DNA from: an uncultured Verrucomicrobiae bacterium | Lineage (GTDB): Bacteria; Verrucomicrobiota; Verrucomicrobiia; Chthoniobacterales; UBA10450 | Direction: 5' to 3' | Assembly: GCA_963834385.1 (NCBI GenBank) | Contig: CAWIBO010000003.1 | Location: forward strand, 320,001-384,000 | Length of the DNA stretch: 64,000 nucleotides | Part shown: piece by piece, positions 1 through 9,928 of the stretch | Layout of the letters: every line of letters starts with the position of its first letter | Numbering within the stretch: the stretch's first letter is position 1 | Made by a program: the position numbers and the translations under genes | The notes under the pieces: generated by a model | What the model was told of the DNA's origin: nothing | The model's database searches: none | The model's input: the letters and a program-made list of their open reading frames with translations, nothing else

Positions 1-1
1 T

Positions 2-340
2 GACAGTGCCAACGTCGCCAAGGCGATTGGGGCCATTACATATCTGGAAGCAATGTTGCTCTTAGGAATCAGTGCGTGGGTGTTCTACTTCTTAAATTCC
101 CGGCTCATCCTGGAGATTTCAAAACTACAGGTCTTGATCGCGTTCGCCCTGACAGGTTTCGCGAACTATTATTACCTTATAGTGCGACAGGAAGGGGAGC
201 GGTTTGAATCGGAGTTCAACAATTTTCCTCCCCGGCAACGCTCCGGGCTTTTTCTCCTATGTCTTCTCTTCTCGCTGTTTGCCATTGTATTCGCGATAGG
301 TTCCGGAGCGTATGTCCATTCACAGTGGAGTTCACGATGA
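2..340 (+). CDS. Hypothetical membrane protein, probably 5'-truncated by the window edge
   Basis: Frame is open from base 2 through the ORF-track entry 53..340; three hydrophobic segments; visibly lower GC than the bulk of the window. Confidence 0.55.
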   Translation, partial: DSANVAKAIGAITYLEAMLLLGISAWVFYFLNSRLILEISKLQVLIAFALTGFANYYYLIVRQEGERFESEFNNFPPRQRSGLFLLCLLFSLFAIVFAIGSGAYVHSQWSSR

Positions 341-503
341 ACGCAGGAAAGAAAGATCCTCGCGATTATTTTCCCGATCGAATTTCTGTTACCACCACCC
401 ATACCGAAACTGGGACCGATTAGTTGCTCCGGGGCACCGGGGAGCAAGTCTCCACTGCGGTATGCAATATTAACGATATAGACGCGACCCCCGAGTCCTC
501 TCC

Positions 504-668
504 GTGGCGATGCACCTGATGTGGGAGCACTGCGGGATGAGCCTGCGGGAGATTGGCGACTATTTTGGCGGGGTAAACGATCAGGCGGTGGCGCAACGGC
601 TCAAAAGAGCCCGGAACGACGCCGCAGAGATTCCGCGGCAACTGCGTGATGAAATATCAAAAATATGA
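504..668 (+). pseudogene. Helix-turn-helix fragment resembling the DnaA-C-like tail of REP-associated/IS200-type tyrosine transposases
   Basis: Hand translation from GTG504 gives VAMHLMWEHCGMSLREIGDYFGGVNDQAVAQRLKRARNDAAEIPRQLRDEISKI*; SLREIGxxFGG is a DnaA-C/TrpR-like HTH pattern; no HUH catalytic part present. Confidence 0.5.
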
Positions 669-798
669 CGCGACCCCGAAACCCATGCGGTCGAAAAATC
701 CGCTTTGGGACCTCGGACCATCGCTCCAGGCCGGCGGATGGTTACGCGTCATAAGTATTATATTTACCCCCGGAACGAAAGTGGGTAGCAGCCGTTCC

Positions 799-3533
799 AT
801 GAGTGAACGATTCGGAAGGGCTTTCCTGCTTGTCGCCGCAGCGCAGTTGCTTTTTTTTCGCCGCCCCAGTTTTCGGCGCCCTCATTGAGACGAACGGTGC
901 ACTTGATTCCACCTTTGATCCGGGACGGATCACCAATGGGCAGGTCAATGCCTGTTTCCTGCAGGCCGATGGCAAGCTGGTTATTGCGGGCCAGTTCGCC
1001 AAAGTGAATGGAATCACGCGGGGCAACATTGCCCGCCTGAATCCGGATGGCAGCCTTGACGCTTCCTTTGCGGCCGGAGCGGGCACGAACGGTTCCATCA
1101 GCAGCATCGTCGCCCAGCCCGATGGCAAGTTTGTCATCACCGGATTTTTCTCAACCTATGATGGCGTCTCGCGTTTGTCCGGAGCAGCGCGTCTGAACGC
1201 GGACGGGAGCCTTGATGCCTCATTTGATCCCGGTGCCGTCCTCGGGGAAGACGCCACTGAAAACCCATCCGCGCCCGGCACTCCGCTCCATCCCGGGGCG
1301 GTCGCCAGCGCGACTCTGCAACCGGACAACAAGATTGTCGTGACCGGCTATTTCTACCGAGCTTTCACAGGCCCCGCTACCTCCGTGTCTCGTTCGGGCA
1401 TCGCCCGATTCAACGCAGATGGCTCCTTTGACCCAACCTTCGATCCGGGAACCGGTCTGGTCCTGACCAGCAGCCCCGGTTCTGAACAGGGCAGCTTTAT
1501 CGTGGCGCAGAGCGATGGGAGACTTGTGGTCGAAGGCAATTTCAACCAGTATAACGGCAACAGCACTCCAGCCGGTTTTGCCCACATCGAAGCAGACGGT
1601 GCCTACAACGCTTCCTTCTCAGTCGGGGTGGGTGCTTCCTGGACAAACGTGGCGGGCCTGTTCGTGCAGCCGGACGATCACATCGTCGTCTATGGCAACT
1701 TCACTCTTTTCAACGGCGTAGCCCGGAACGGCATTGTTCGCCTCGATAAAACCACCGGCGCAGTTGATGCCGGGTTCTCCACTCCTCCCTTTAGTGATTA
1801 CGCCGACATCGGCACCATTCAGGGGATGACGCGGCAGGCGGACGGTAAGTTCGTTGTCTTCGGCGCCTTCCACACATTCGACGGCGTGGCCTCGAACGGA
1901 ATGGCCCGTCTGGAAACGACCGGCGCGCGCGATCTTTCCTTCAATGCCACCGACGGGGTCGGCCCTAACGGGTACACCTTTTGCGGCGCGGTGCGTCCCA
2001 GTGACGGCCACATCTTTGTCGGCGGATATTTTTCCACCTTCGGCGCCGGCCCGGCCAAACGAAACAACATTGCCCTCGCCACTGCGACCGGCCTGATCGA
2101 CACAGCTTTCGCGCCACCAGACGGCTGCACCGACGGTCTCCCGCAGGTGCTTGTGATTACCGTTCAGGGCGATGGCAAAGTCATTGTTGGCGGCATCTTC
2201 ACCTCCGTGCAGAACGAGCCGCATTACAATTTCGTCAGGCTCAATCCGAATGGAACGATTGATCCCACCTTCAACGTCACCGCCGGGACGAGCCGGTCCG
2301 TGCGCGCCCTCGTTGTCCAGCCGGATAACCAGATTTTGATCGCCGGACAGTTTGGCGGGATCAATGGGGTCCCGGCCGGCCGCGTGGCCCGATTGAATCC
2401 TGACGGGACGATCGACGGCACCTTCAACGCCGGGACCGGGGCGGACAATATCATCTACGCCATGGCGCGGGACGCCGCGACCGGCGCGGTTTATCTCGGC
2501 GGCGACTTTTTTAACGTGAACGGGACCGCGCGGACCCGCCTGGCCAAACTGAGCTCAGCCGGCGTCCTCGATGCCACCTTCGATCCTGGGACCGGACCCA
2601 GCAGCACGGTCCGGGCCGTCACCGCGCCGAACGGATCGGCCGGGCCCGGTCATCGGCGGAAGTTTCACCTCCTATGCCGGAACTTCCGCTCTTCGGATCG
2701 CCCGAGTTGATGCCACCACTGCAGCTTTCGACGCCGCTTTCAAGACGGCCCTGGGCACGGGGCCAAACTCCGTCACACGGGGAGTCCAGCTGGGAAGCGA
2801 CGGGAAATATACGATCGGCGGTAATTTCAGCAGCGTTTCTGGCGTGAGCCGCAGTCGAATCGCCCGCCTGGAAAGCACCGGAGCCCTCGACACCGGCTTT
2901 GTGCCAAGTCCCTCGTTTGTTGGAACACCTGTCTTTAGCCTTTACCTCCAGGACACCAAGGTGTTCGCCGGAGGGACTTTCACCGGCCCGGGTAATCAAC
3001 TTGCGCGCTTCCTTTCCACGGGAGCTGCGGACACCTCCTTCTCGACCGGCATCGGCGCGACGATCGCCCCGGCCGCCTCCATCAGCAGCATCGCTTCGGT
3101 TAATGCGCTCACCGCGCAGGGCGATGGAAAGTTTTATGTCGGCGGAACTTTTAACCATTATGACGGGCAGCCGCGTTCCTGCCTCGCCCGGCTTTGGAAT
3201 TCCAACTACAAGTTTACCTCCAGCACGATCACCGCGGGCGGACATGTCACCCTGACGGGCGTTGGCGTGCCCGGCGCGCTCAACCATGTGGAGGCGGCCC
3301 CGGCCATCACCGGGCCCTGGACGGAGATCGCTACGGTCGCCGTCGATGGCATGGGGAATTACCTGTTCGAGGAGGACGTGAACCTTGCTCTCAACCCGAC
3401 TCGGTTCTACCGGATGACCGTCACGGCGGCCGCCCCGGCCCGCAGGGGACGGCGCGAGACGATCGCTTCGGGAACAATCCAGACGAAGACGGCCTCCCGG
3501 CCGAGCCAGCGCAAGAGCAGCGGCCGAAAGTAG
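799..3533 (+). CDS. Secreted delta-60 repeat (DUF5122-type) beta-propeller protein; frameshifts at about 855 and 2640
   Basis: Signal peptide MSERFGRAFLLVAAAQLLF from ATG799 joins ORF 803..2710 across a poly-T run; many QxDGKxxxxGxF...ARLNxDGSLDxxF repeats; continues in ORF 2571..3533. Confidence 0.85.
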
Positions 3534-3534
3534 G

Positions 3535-4083
3535 CTAAATCATGCCGAGCTTCATGCGCCCGGCTTCGCTGATCATGTTCTGGTTCCAGGGCGGGTCCCA
3601 GACCAGGTCCACCTGCGCTTCGTCCACGCCGTCGATGCTCAGGATCTTGCTCTGGGCGTCGTGCGCAATGGCCGGGCCCATCCCGCAGCCGGGCGCGGTC
3701 AGCGTCATTTTCACCTCGGCCCGGGTGCCGCCTTCCGGCTTGTTGATTAGCTTGCAATCGTAGACCAGGCCGAGGTCCACGATGTTGACCGGGATTTCCG
3801 GGTCAAAACACTGGCGGAGCTGATCCCAGACCGCTTCCTCAGAGACGGGACCGTCCGCGGCCGGCTTTTTCACCTCGCCGTTCTGCGGTTTTTCCAAGCC
3901 AAGAGCGTCGAGATCTTTCTCCGCCACGCGCGCCAGGCCCTGCGGCGTGGCAATGGTATAACTGCCGCCGAGTGTCTGGGTGATGACTCCCTGCATGCCC
4001 GCCGGCAGTGTGATGATCTGGCCACTGGGAATCTGGATCGCTTCCATTTCGCGGCTCAGGGTGAATTCGGTGTTCTCGTGCAT
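3535..4083 (-). CDS. sufT: Fe-S cluster assembly protein SufT (DUF59 with N-terminal extension)
   Basis: DPEIPVNIVDLGLVY, TLTAPGCGMG and WDPPW motifs. Confidence 0.9.
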   Translation of the reverse strand: MHENTEFTLSREMEAIQIPSGQIITLPAGMQGVITQTLGGSYTIATPQGLARVAEKDLDALGLEKPQNGEVKKPAADGPVSEEAVWDQLRQCFDPEIPVNIVDLGLVYDCKLINKPEGGTRAEVKMTLTAPGCGMGPAIAHDAQSKILSIDGVDEAQVDLVWDPPWNQNMISEAGRMKLGMI

Positions 4084-4095
4084 AAGTGGGATTCG

Positions 4096-4584
4096 TCAGG
4101 GTTTTTTCTGGGCAAAGACGACTTTGATTTTTCCGTCCGGCTGGGGAGCGAGCTGATCGATCAGGGTGGGTGAAGTGGCACTGGCTTTAACCGGTGCCGG
4201 ATCGGCTCCGCCCTCGAGCGCGTTGCGCAAGGCGCTTTCCACCAGTTGCGCGCAATGGATTCGCACCGGCGGGAGCGCGCCCAGCGGGGCCGCCATTTCC
4301 TCGCCCGACAGCGCCTTCGCTTCGCTCACGGTTTTGCCCGCGAGCATCTCCGTGGCCATGCTCGCCACGGCAATGGCGGTCTGGCAGCCGAACGACTGGA
4401 AGCTCGCCCGGTCAATGATCTTCCGGCCGTTCTCCTCCTTGAACTTGATCCACATCCGCAACATGTCGCCGCAATCGGCGTTGCCCACCGTGCCCACGGC
4501 GTCGGCGTCCGCCATCTCGCCCATGTTGCGCGGATTCTTCAGCGCTTCCTCGATGCGCCCCTGCAATGCGGCGTCGTCGCTCAT
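4096..4584 (-). CDS. IscU/NifU-N-like Fe-S scaffold protein
   Basis: NPRNMG, GNADCGD, FGCQTAIA and PPVRIHCAQL, with three conserved Cys. Confidence 0.9.
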   Translation of the reverse strand: MSDDAALQGRIEEALKNPRNMGEMADADAVGTVGNADCGDMLRMWIKFKEENGRKIIDRASFQSFGCQTAIAVASMATEMLAGKTVSEAKALSGEEMAAPLGALPPVRIHCAQLVESALRNALEGGADPAPVKASATSPTLIDQLAPQPDGKIKVVFAQKKP

Positions 4585-5129
4585 GTTCGTTCCACGTGAT
4601 AGCGCGAAATCTTCGGGTCCACCTCGACGCTCCAGGCGTCGATGCCGCCCCGGAGACTTTTCACGCGGGTAAATCCGTGCCCTTGAAAATAAGCGGCCGC
4701 ATCGAGGCTGCGCGTTCCCTCGTGATCGTAAATGACGATCAACACCCCGTCGCCCGGGGCGATCTTTCCCATCGTTTCCTGGGTGAAAAGCTCGGCGCCC
4801 TCGATCCGGACCGCCTCGAATTCCTCGCGCGTCCGCACATCGAGCAGGCGCACCGCTTCGCCGGCCTGCAATTTTTCCGCCAGCTCCCGCGGCTCGATCT
4901 GCATGGCCCGGTCGGCGCTGTCGCTCTCCGTGATATGCTCGATTACTTCGTCCACCGGCAGGCTTTCATTGCGCCGGCAGACCGCCGCCAGCGTCTCCTC
5001 CGGCGCGAAGCCGCAACTGCTGCACCCGCCAATGTGGTAGCGCCGAAAAAGCGCGCGTTGCGCCCCCGGATAACGCTCGAGGAGCTCCCGCATGGTGATT
5101 TCCGGGTCGATGGTGGATGCCGTCTGCAT
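4581..5129 (-). CDS. DUF1858-like N-terminal domain fused to a rhodanese-like domain
   Basis: HIGGCSSCG in the N-terminal domain; LLDVRTREEF and LRGGIDAW rhodanese signatures; 4-bp overlap with the scaffold gene. Confidence 0.8.
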   Translation of the reverse strand: MQTASTIDPEITMRELLERYPGAQRALFRRYHIGGCSSCGFAPEETLAAVCRRNESLPVDEVIEHITESDSADRAMQIEPRELAEKLQAGEAVRLLDVRTREEFEAVRIEGAELFTQETMGKIAPGDGVLIVIYDHEGTRSLDAAAYFQGHGFTRVKSLRGGIDAWSVEVDPKISRYHVERT

Positions 5130-5200
5130 GGCAACGCCAAACTACGGGAGCGGAGAGAATCCGCAAGATGGCAGCCGGCGCGGCCTGCGGCGTGCCCCTG

Positions 5201-6448
5201 CTAAAGTTTGGCCGGATCTTGCAGCAGCTCGGCCACCTTTTGCAACAGTCGCCCAGCGCCGCCGCCGTCCAGGCTGCGGTGATCGAAACTCAGCGTTAAT
5301 TCGGCCTGCGTGACCGGCTCAAAATTCTTCTTTTCCCCATTCCAGACCGGCGCTTTTTTGCCCGCCCCCATTCCCAGCAGAAGTGTCTGGTCGGGGAGCG
5401 GAATCGGCGTGCCCCAGTCGAGCCCAAAGGTGCCGAAGTTTGAAACCGAGGCGATGCCGCCACTGGTCATGTCGGAGGTCACCCGCCGCCGCCGGGCCAG
5501 CTCCACCAGCTCGGTATATTTCGCGGTCAGATCGGCCAGCGAGGTTTTGTCCGCCTGCCGGATCACCGGCACCATGATGCCGTCCTGCGCTTCCACCGCC
5601 ACGCCAATGTCGATCGATTCGGAACGCACGGCGCGATTGCCGATCAGTCGCGCGGCTGCCGCCGGGTTTTCCGCCAGGGCAAGGGCCAGCGCGCGCAGCG
5701 CGTAAAGTGCCGGGCCCGGTTTTGGATCGCGCTTTTTGCGGTCCTCCAGCACCGGATCAAGCGAAACCGCGAGCCCGACGGTGGCCAGCGGCCGTGTCCA
5801 GCTCCGGCGCATGGCGTCGGCCACGCCCGTGCGAATGGCGCTGACGTCCTCCGCGGTCTGCTGGTCGAGGTTGCCCAGGAATGTTTCCAGGTCTTTCACC
5901 GTGACCCGTCCGGCCTGGCCGCTTCCGGCAATCCCGGCGAGATCGGCCTGCGTCAGGCGCAGCTCGGCCATGCGCGCGCGCATCCGCGGCGAAAGATAAC
6001 CGGCGCCCCGGGCCGAGGCCGGCACCGGGAGGCCGCCTTCGCCTTCGAACGAGCCGGTCGGCACCCGTCGCAGCTCGGTTTTGTCGACCTGGAAATGGGA
6101 GCCGCTGCCGTTCCCATCCGTTTCCTCCTCGCGCCCCGGCACCTCCTTCGCGACTTCGCCCTTGGGCGGCGCGGGCTTCTTTTTCACCAGGCGCGCGGCG
6201 TCGGCTTCGCTCGCCTCGATGTAACCGAGGACGGCGCCGACCGAATAAACCTTCTTCACTTCCGCCTCGATCTTCGCGACCTCGCCGGCGCAGGGCGTGG
6301 TCACGCCCATGACCGCCTTGTCGGTCTCGACCTCGATGATTTCCTGGTCGGCCGCGACCTTGTCGCCCGGCTTCACCTTGATCGTGACGATGGTGGCCTC
6401 GGCCATGGATTCGCCGAGCTGCGGCATGGTGATGGGAACTTGCGGCAT
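5201..6448 (-). CDS. 2-oxo-acid dehydrogenase E2 (dihydrolipoamide acyltransferase)
   Basis: Start MPQVPITMPQLGESM; lipoyl motif VETDKA; E3-binding GSGQAGRVTVKD; catalytic DHRSLDG. Confidence 0.9.
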   Translation of the reverse strand: MPQVPITMPQLGESMAEATIVTIKVKPGDKVAADQEIIEVETDKAVMGVTTPCAGEVAKIEAEVKKVYSVGAVLGYIEASEADAARLVKKKPAPPKGEVAKEVPGREEETDGNGSGSHFQVDKTELRRVPTGSFEGEGGLPVPASARGAGYLSPRMRARMAELRLTQADLAGIAGSGQAGRVTVKDLETFLGNLDQQTAEDVSAIRTGVADAMRRSWTRPLATVGLAVSLDPVLEDRKKRDPKPGPALYALRALALALAENPAAAARLIGNRAVRSESIDIGVAVEAQDGIMVPVIRQADKTSLADLTAKYTELVELARRRRVTSDMTSGGIASVSNFGTFGLDWGTPIPLPDQTLLLGMGAGKKAPVWNGEKKNFEPVTQAELTLSFDHRSLDGGGAGRLLQKVAELLQDPAKL

Positions 6449-6449
6449 A

Positions 6450-7431
6450 AATGTAGTTCGGCGCAGGATTTTTCGCGCCTTCTCGGCGATGACCTTCGCG
6501 TTGGGGCGATGCGTGCCGACCAGAGGTTGGGGTGATAGGGGATGGGCGTGTCCTTCGCGTTCAGCGCGGCGCGGGCGCGGCATCGAGCAGGTGAAAGCCT
6601 TCGGTGGCCACGCGCGCGATGACCTCGGCGGTGACGCCGCCCCAGGGAAAGGATTCGCCCACGCAGAGCAACCGGCCGGTGCGCGCGACGGACGCAAGGA
6701 CGGTGTCGGTATCGAGCGGCTTGACCGTGCGCAGGTCGACGACTTCGATCTCGAAGCCGTCGCCGCTGCAATTCCTCGGCCACGGTCAAGGCCTCGTGCA
6801 CCATGGCGCTGTAGGTGACGATGCGTCAGGTCGCGCCCGGGCCGGACGATGCGCGCTTTGCCGATCGGCATCACTTCCTTCGGCAGGGCGTCGGCCTTGA
6901 GATGGTAATAAAGATACTTGTGCTCGCAGTAGATCACCGGGTCGTCGATCGAGACCGCCTCGATCAGCATGGAATAGGCGTCCTCCACCGTGGCCGGGGT
7001 CATCACGACCAGCGCCGGGATAGTGCGCATAGATCGCTTCCATGCTCTGGCTGTGGAAAGGCCCGCTCCCTGTCGTGCCGCCGCGAGGGCAGCCGCACCG
7101 TGATCGGGCAGGGAACTTCGCGTGCGCCAAAAGTGCGTGCCGCGTGGTTCACGATCTGGTTGAAGGCCACGCTCGAGAAATCGGCGAACTGCATCTCCAC
7201 GATCGGCCGCATCCCCTCGATGGCGGCGCCGATGGCGGTGCCGACCATGGCATCCTCGCTGATCGGCGTGTTCAGGACGCGCCCCGGGAATTCCGTGGCC
7301 AGACCTTTGGTGGCCTTGAAGGCGCCGCCGAATTTTCCGGCAATGTCCTGGCCGTAGATGAAAACGCGGTCGTCCGTGCGCAACAGGTGTTCCTGCGCGG
7401 ACCGGATCGCTTCCAGGTAGGTGACACTCAC
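6450..7431 (-). CDS. 2-oxo-acid dehydrogenase E1 beta subunit (several frameshifts)
   Basis: GQDIAGKFGGAFKAT, NTPISE, EMQFADF, GPFHSQS and EHKYLY found across ORFs 7003..7557, 6786..7130, 5201..7030 and 6373..6804; GTG start overlaps the alpha stop; 3' end approximate. Confidence 0.85.
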
Positions 7432-8459
7432 GGCAGAGGATCCAAAAGGCGCCGCGTCGCGAGCGCGCACCAGTCTTCCTCCCCGCCCTCCGGCGCGGGA
7501 TCGTTCTGGGCGGTCGCGACCGCTTCCTCGACTTCGGCCGCGACTTCCGCGCGCCATTCCTTGAGCTTTTCCGCGTCGGCCAAACCGTGCTCGAGGATGA
7601 ATTTTTCCGTCAGGGGCAGCGGGTCCTGCGCAAACTTTTCCTTCTTGATCTCCGGCGCGACGTAACTGGCGTCATCGTGTTCGCCATGCCCGGCCAGGCG
7701 CAGGGTCGAGGCGACCACGAGCTGGGGCGGGCCGCCGGCACGGGCGCGTTCCACCGCGCCCCCGATGACCTCGAGGCATTCGCCGAGGCTGGTGCCATCG
7801 AGGGAATGCCCTTCGTAGCCATAGCCGACCGCGCGATCGACCAGGTCGGCACAGGCGAACTCGCGATCGTTCGGCGTCGAGTAGGCGTAATGATTGTTCG
7901 TGGCCACGAGGACGAACGGCACTTTCTCCACCGCCGCCATGTTCATCCCCTCGTGCGTCGCGCCGGTCTGCATCCCGCCCTCGCCGATGGTGGTCAGACC
8001 GACAAAATTCTTTTCGCCCTTCATCTTTTTGGCGAGGAGCACGCCCACCACCACCGGGATGAGCGAGCCGAGATGGCTGATCATGGCCAGTTGTCCCTGG
8101 CGCGGACGGCCCCGGTGGATGTTGCCGTCGCGGCCGCGCATCGGTCCCTGGCGCGAGCCGAGGTAGGTGCGGGTGACGTCGACCAGCGGTTCGCCAAAGG
8201 CGGCCCGCCCGGCCTGGTCGCGGATGAGCGGCCCAAAGACGTCGCCTTTTTTCAGGAAAAGGCCGCAGGCGGTGCTGACCGCTTCCTGGCCGCGCCCGAT
8301 GTAAACGCCGCCGGTGATCATGCCGCCGCGATAAAGGCTGGCCAGCTTGTCCTCCAGCACGCGCGTTTGCAGCATCACCCGGTAGGCTTCCAGATAGCGC
8401 GGGTGCGGCGCCTTTTTCCCCGAGGTGCTCTTCTCCTTCGGTGGCGCGGTCTGCAGCAT
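7428..8459 (-). CDS. 2-oxo-acid dehydrogenase E1 alpha subunit (TPP-dependent)
   Basis: GQEAV, TPP motif GEGG...N...NN, RLAGHGEHDDASY. Confidence 0.9.
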   Translation of the reverse strand: MLQTAPPKEKSTSGKKAPHPRYLEAYRVMLQTRVLEDKLASLYRGGMITGGVYIGRGQEAVSTACGLFLKKGDVFGPLIRDQAGRAAFGEPLVDVTRTYLGSRQGPMRGRDGNIHRGRPRQGQLAMISHLGSLIPVVVGVLLAKKMKGEKNFVGLTTIGEGGMQTGATHEGMNMAAVEKVPFVLVATNNHYAYSTPNDREFACADLVDRAVGYGYEGHSLDGTSLGECLEVIGGAVERARAGGPPQLVVASTLRLAGHGEHDDASYVAPEIKKEKFAQDPLPLTEKFILEHGLADAEKLKEWRAEVAAEVEEAVATAQNDPAPEGGEEDWCALATRRLLDPLP

Positions 8460-8536
8460 CCCCCGATCTTCCTCTCTGGCGGAATGCGGCGCAAAAAGTT
8501 TTTTAACGCGGTCGCGAGCCGGCGACGCCGGCGCCG

Positions 8537-9826
8537 CTACTTCGCCGGCCCGGTGAACCGGTCGAGCAGGATGGCCACGAGCATGTCGCTCATCACGTTC
8601 ACCCCCGACCGCATGCGCGCGAGAATCCAGTCGACCGGCAAAATGAGCGGGATCGCCAGGACGATGGCTTCGTCCGGCAGACCGGCCGCGGAGAGCACGA
8701 GCGGCAGCACGATCAGGCCGGCTTCCGGGATCCCGGCCACGCCGACCGCGGCCATGAGCGACGCGAGCACGATCACGCCCTGCTGGCCCACGCCGAGGGC
8801 GTAACCGTAGGCCTGCGCGAGAAAGAGCGCGGTCATCGCCTCGTAAAGCGTGATGCCGTCGTTGTTCAGGTTGGTGCCGACGCAGGCCGCCATCCGGGCC
8901 GACGTTTCCGAGACGCCCATTTTTTCCGTGAGACAGCGCAGGGTCACCGGGACCGTGGCCAGGCTGCTGTTGGTAGAAAGACCGGTGACGATGGCGTCGG
9001 CCCCGCGCCCGAGGTAGACGCGGGGCGATTTCCGGCCGACCAGCCAGGCCATGGCCGGGTAGTAGATCAGCGCATGGATCAGCATCCCGGCGAGGATGAT
9101 GAAAAGAAACCCGGCGAGCGCCTGGAAGACCGTCAGGCCCGACCGGCCGACCACCTGGGCGACCACGCCGAAGACGGCGAAGGGCACCAGTTGCACGACC
9201 CAGAACAGCATCTGGATCAAGGCGTGATAAACCGTCTCGATGAAGCGCTCGACCGGTTCCGTGCGCGCGCCGCTGTTTTGTTTCACCCGGCGCAGGGCCG
9301 CGCCGCCGAGCAGACCGAGCAGGACCACGGTGATGACGTTGTTCTTCGCGAAAGGATCAACCAAACTTTCCGGGACGTAGCCGGCGATGTTCGCAATCGG
9401 GTTGAGCGTGGCCTGCGGCAGCGCCCCTTTGTCCGCCCCGGTCTCGTGTTCCACCACGCCGGCGATCTCCGCGATGCGACCCCGCCATTGTTCTCCGGGC
9501 CGCAGCGTGTTCATGAGGGTGAGCCCGATGACAAACGCGACCGAGACGTTCACCAGGCAGATCAGGAGAAGCCAACCGCCGTGCCGCGCGGAAATGTGCA
9601 CCCGCACAAAAGCGTCCAGGATGGCAAAGAGAATGAGCGGGACCGCCAGCGCCTTGAGCAACCGGATGACGAGCATCCCGAGCCGGCCAAGATCGTCCGT
9701 GCGCAGCCCGGGAAAAATTTCGCCGGTGCCGAAGAGAAGTCCGAGCGTCGTGCCCGCGATCACCCCGAGCAGGACACGCAGGTAAAGCGGCAGCCGGGTC
9801 CAGGCAGGGCGATTCGTTTTGGCCAT
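8537..9826 (-). CDS. Dicarboxylate/amino acid:cation symporter (DAACS)
   Basis: STNSSLATVP, GTNLNNDG, GVAGIP and RSGVNVMSD motifs; multi-pass membrane protein. Confidence 0.9.
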   Translation of the reverse strand: MAKTNRPAWTRLPLYLRVLLGVIAGTTLGLLFGTGEIFPGLRTDDLGRLGMLVIRLLKALAVPLILFAILDAFVRVHISARHGGWLLLICLVNVSVAFVIGLTLMNTLRPGEQWRGRIAEIAGVVEHETGADKGALPQATLNPIANIAGYVPESLVDPFAKNNVITVVLLGLLGGAALRRVKQNSGARTEPVERFIETVYHALIQMLFWVVQLVPFAVFGVVAQVVGRSGLTVFQALAGFLFIILAGMLIHALIYYPAMAWLVGRKSPRVYLGRGADAIVTGLSTNSSLATVPVTLRCLTEKMGVSETSARMAACVGTNLNNDGITLYEAMTALFLAQAYGYALGVGQQGVIVLASLMAAVGVAGIPEAGLIVLPLVLSAAGLPDEAIVLAIPLILPVDWILARMRSGVNVMSDMLVAILLDRFTGPAK

Positions 9827-9928
9827 CCCGGGCCGAGCCTAGCCGGTCGTCCTGGTTTGTCGGCCTTTTTTCGCGTGGCTGGCCCGCGCAAAGAGTTGCC
9901 CCGAACCCTCCAGCAGGTAGACCACGGG

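Noticed and set aside
5201..7030. Apparent E1beta-E2 fusion (609-aa ORF)
   Set aside because: The middle is out-of-frame sequence; explained by indels in E1beta, and E2 has its own start at 6448.
9074..9928. N-terminal half of the 618-aa ORF 9074..10930
   Set aside because: Antisense to the DAACS transporter; oxidoreductase similarity begins only after 9929.
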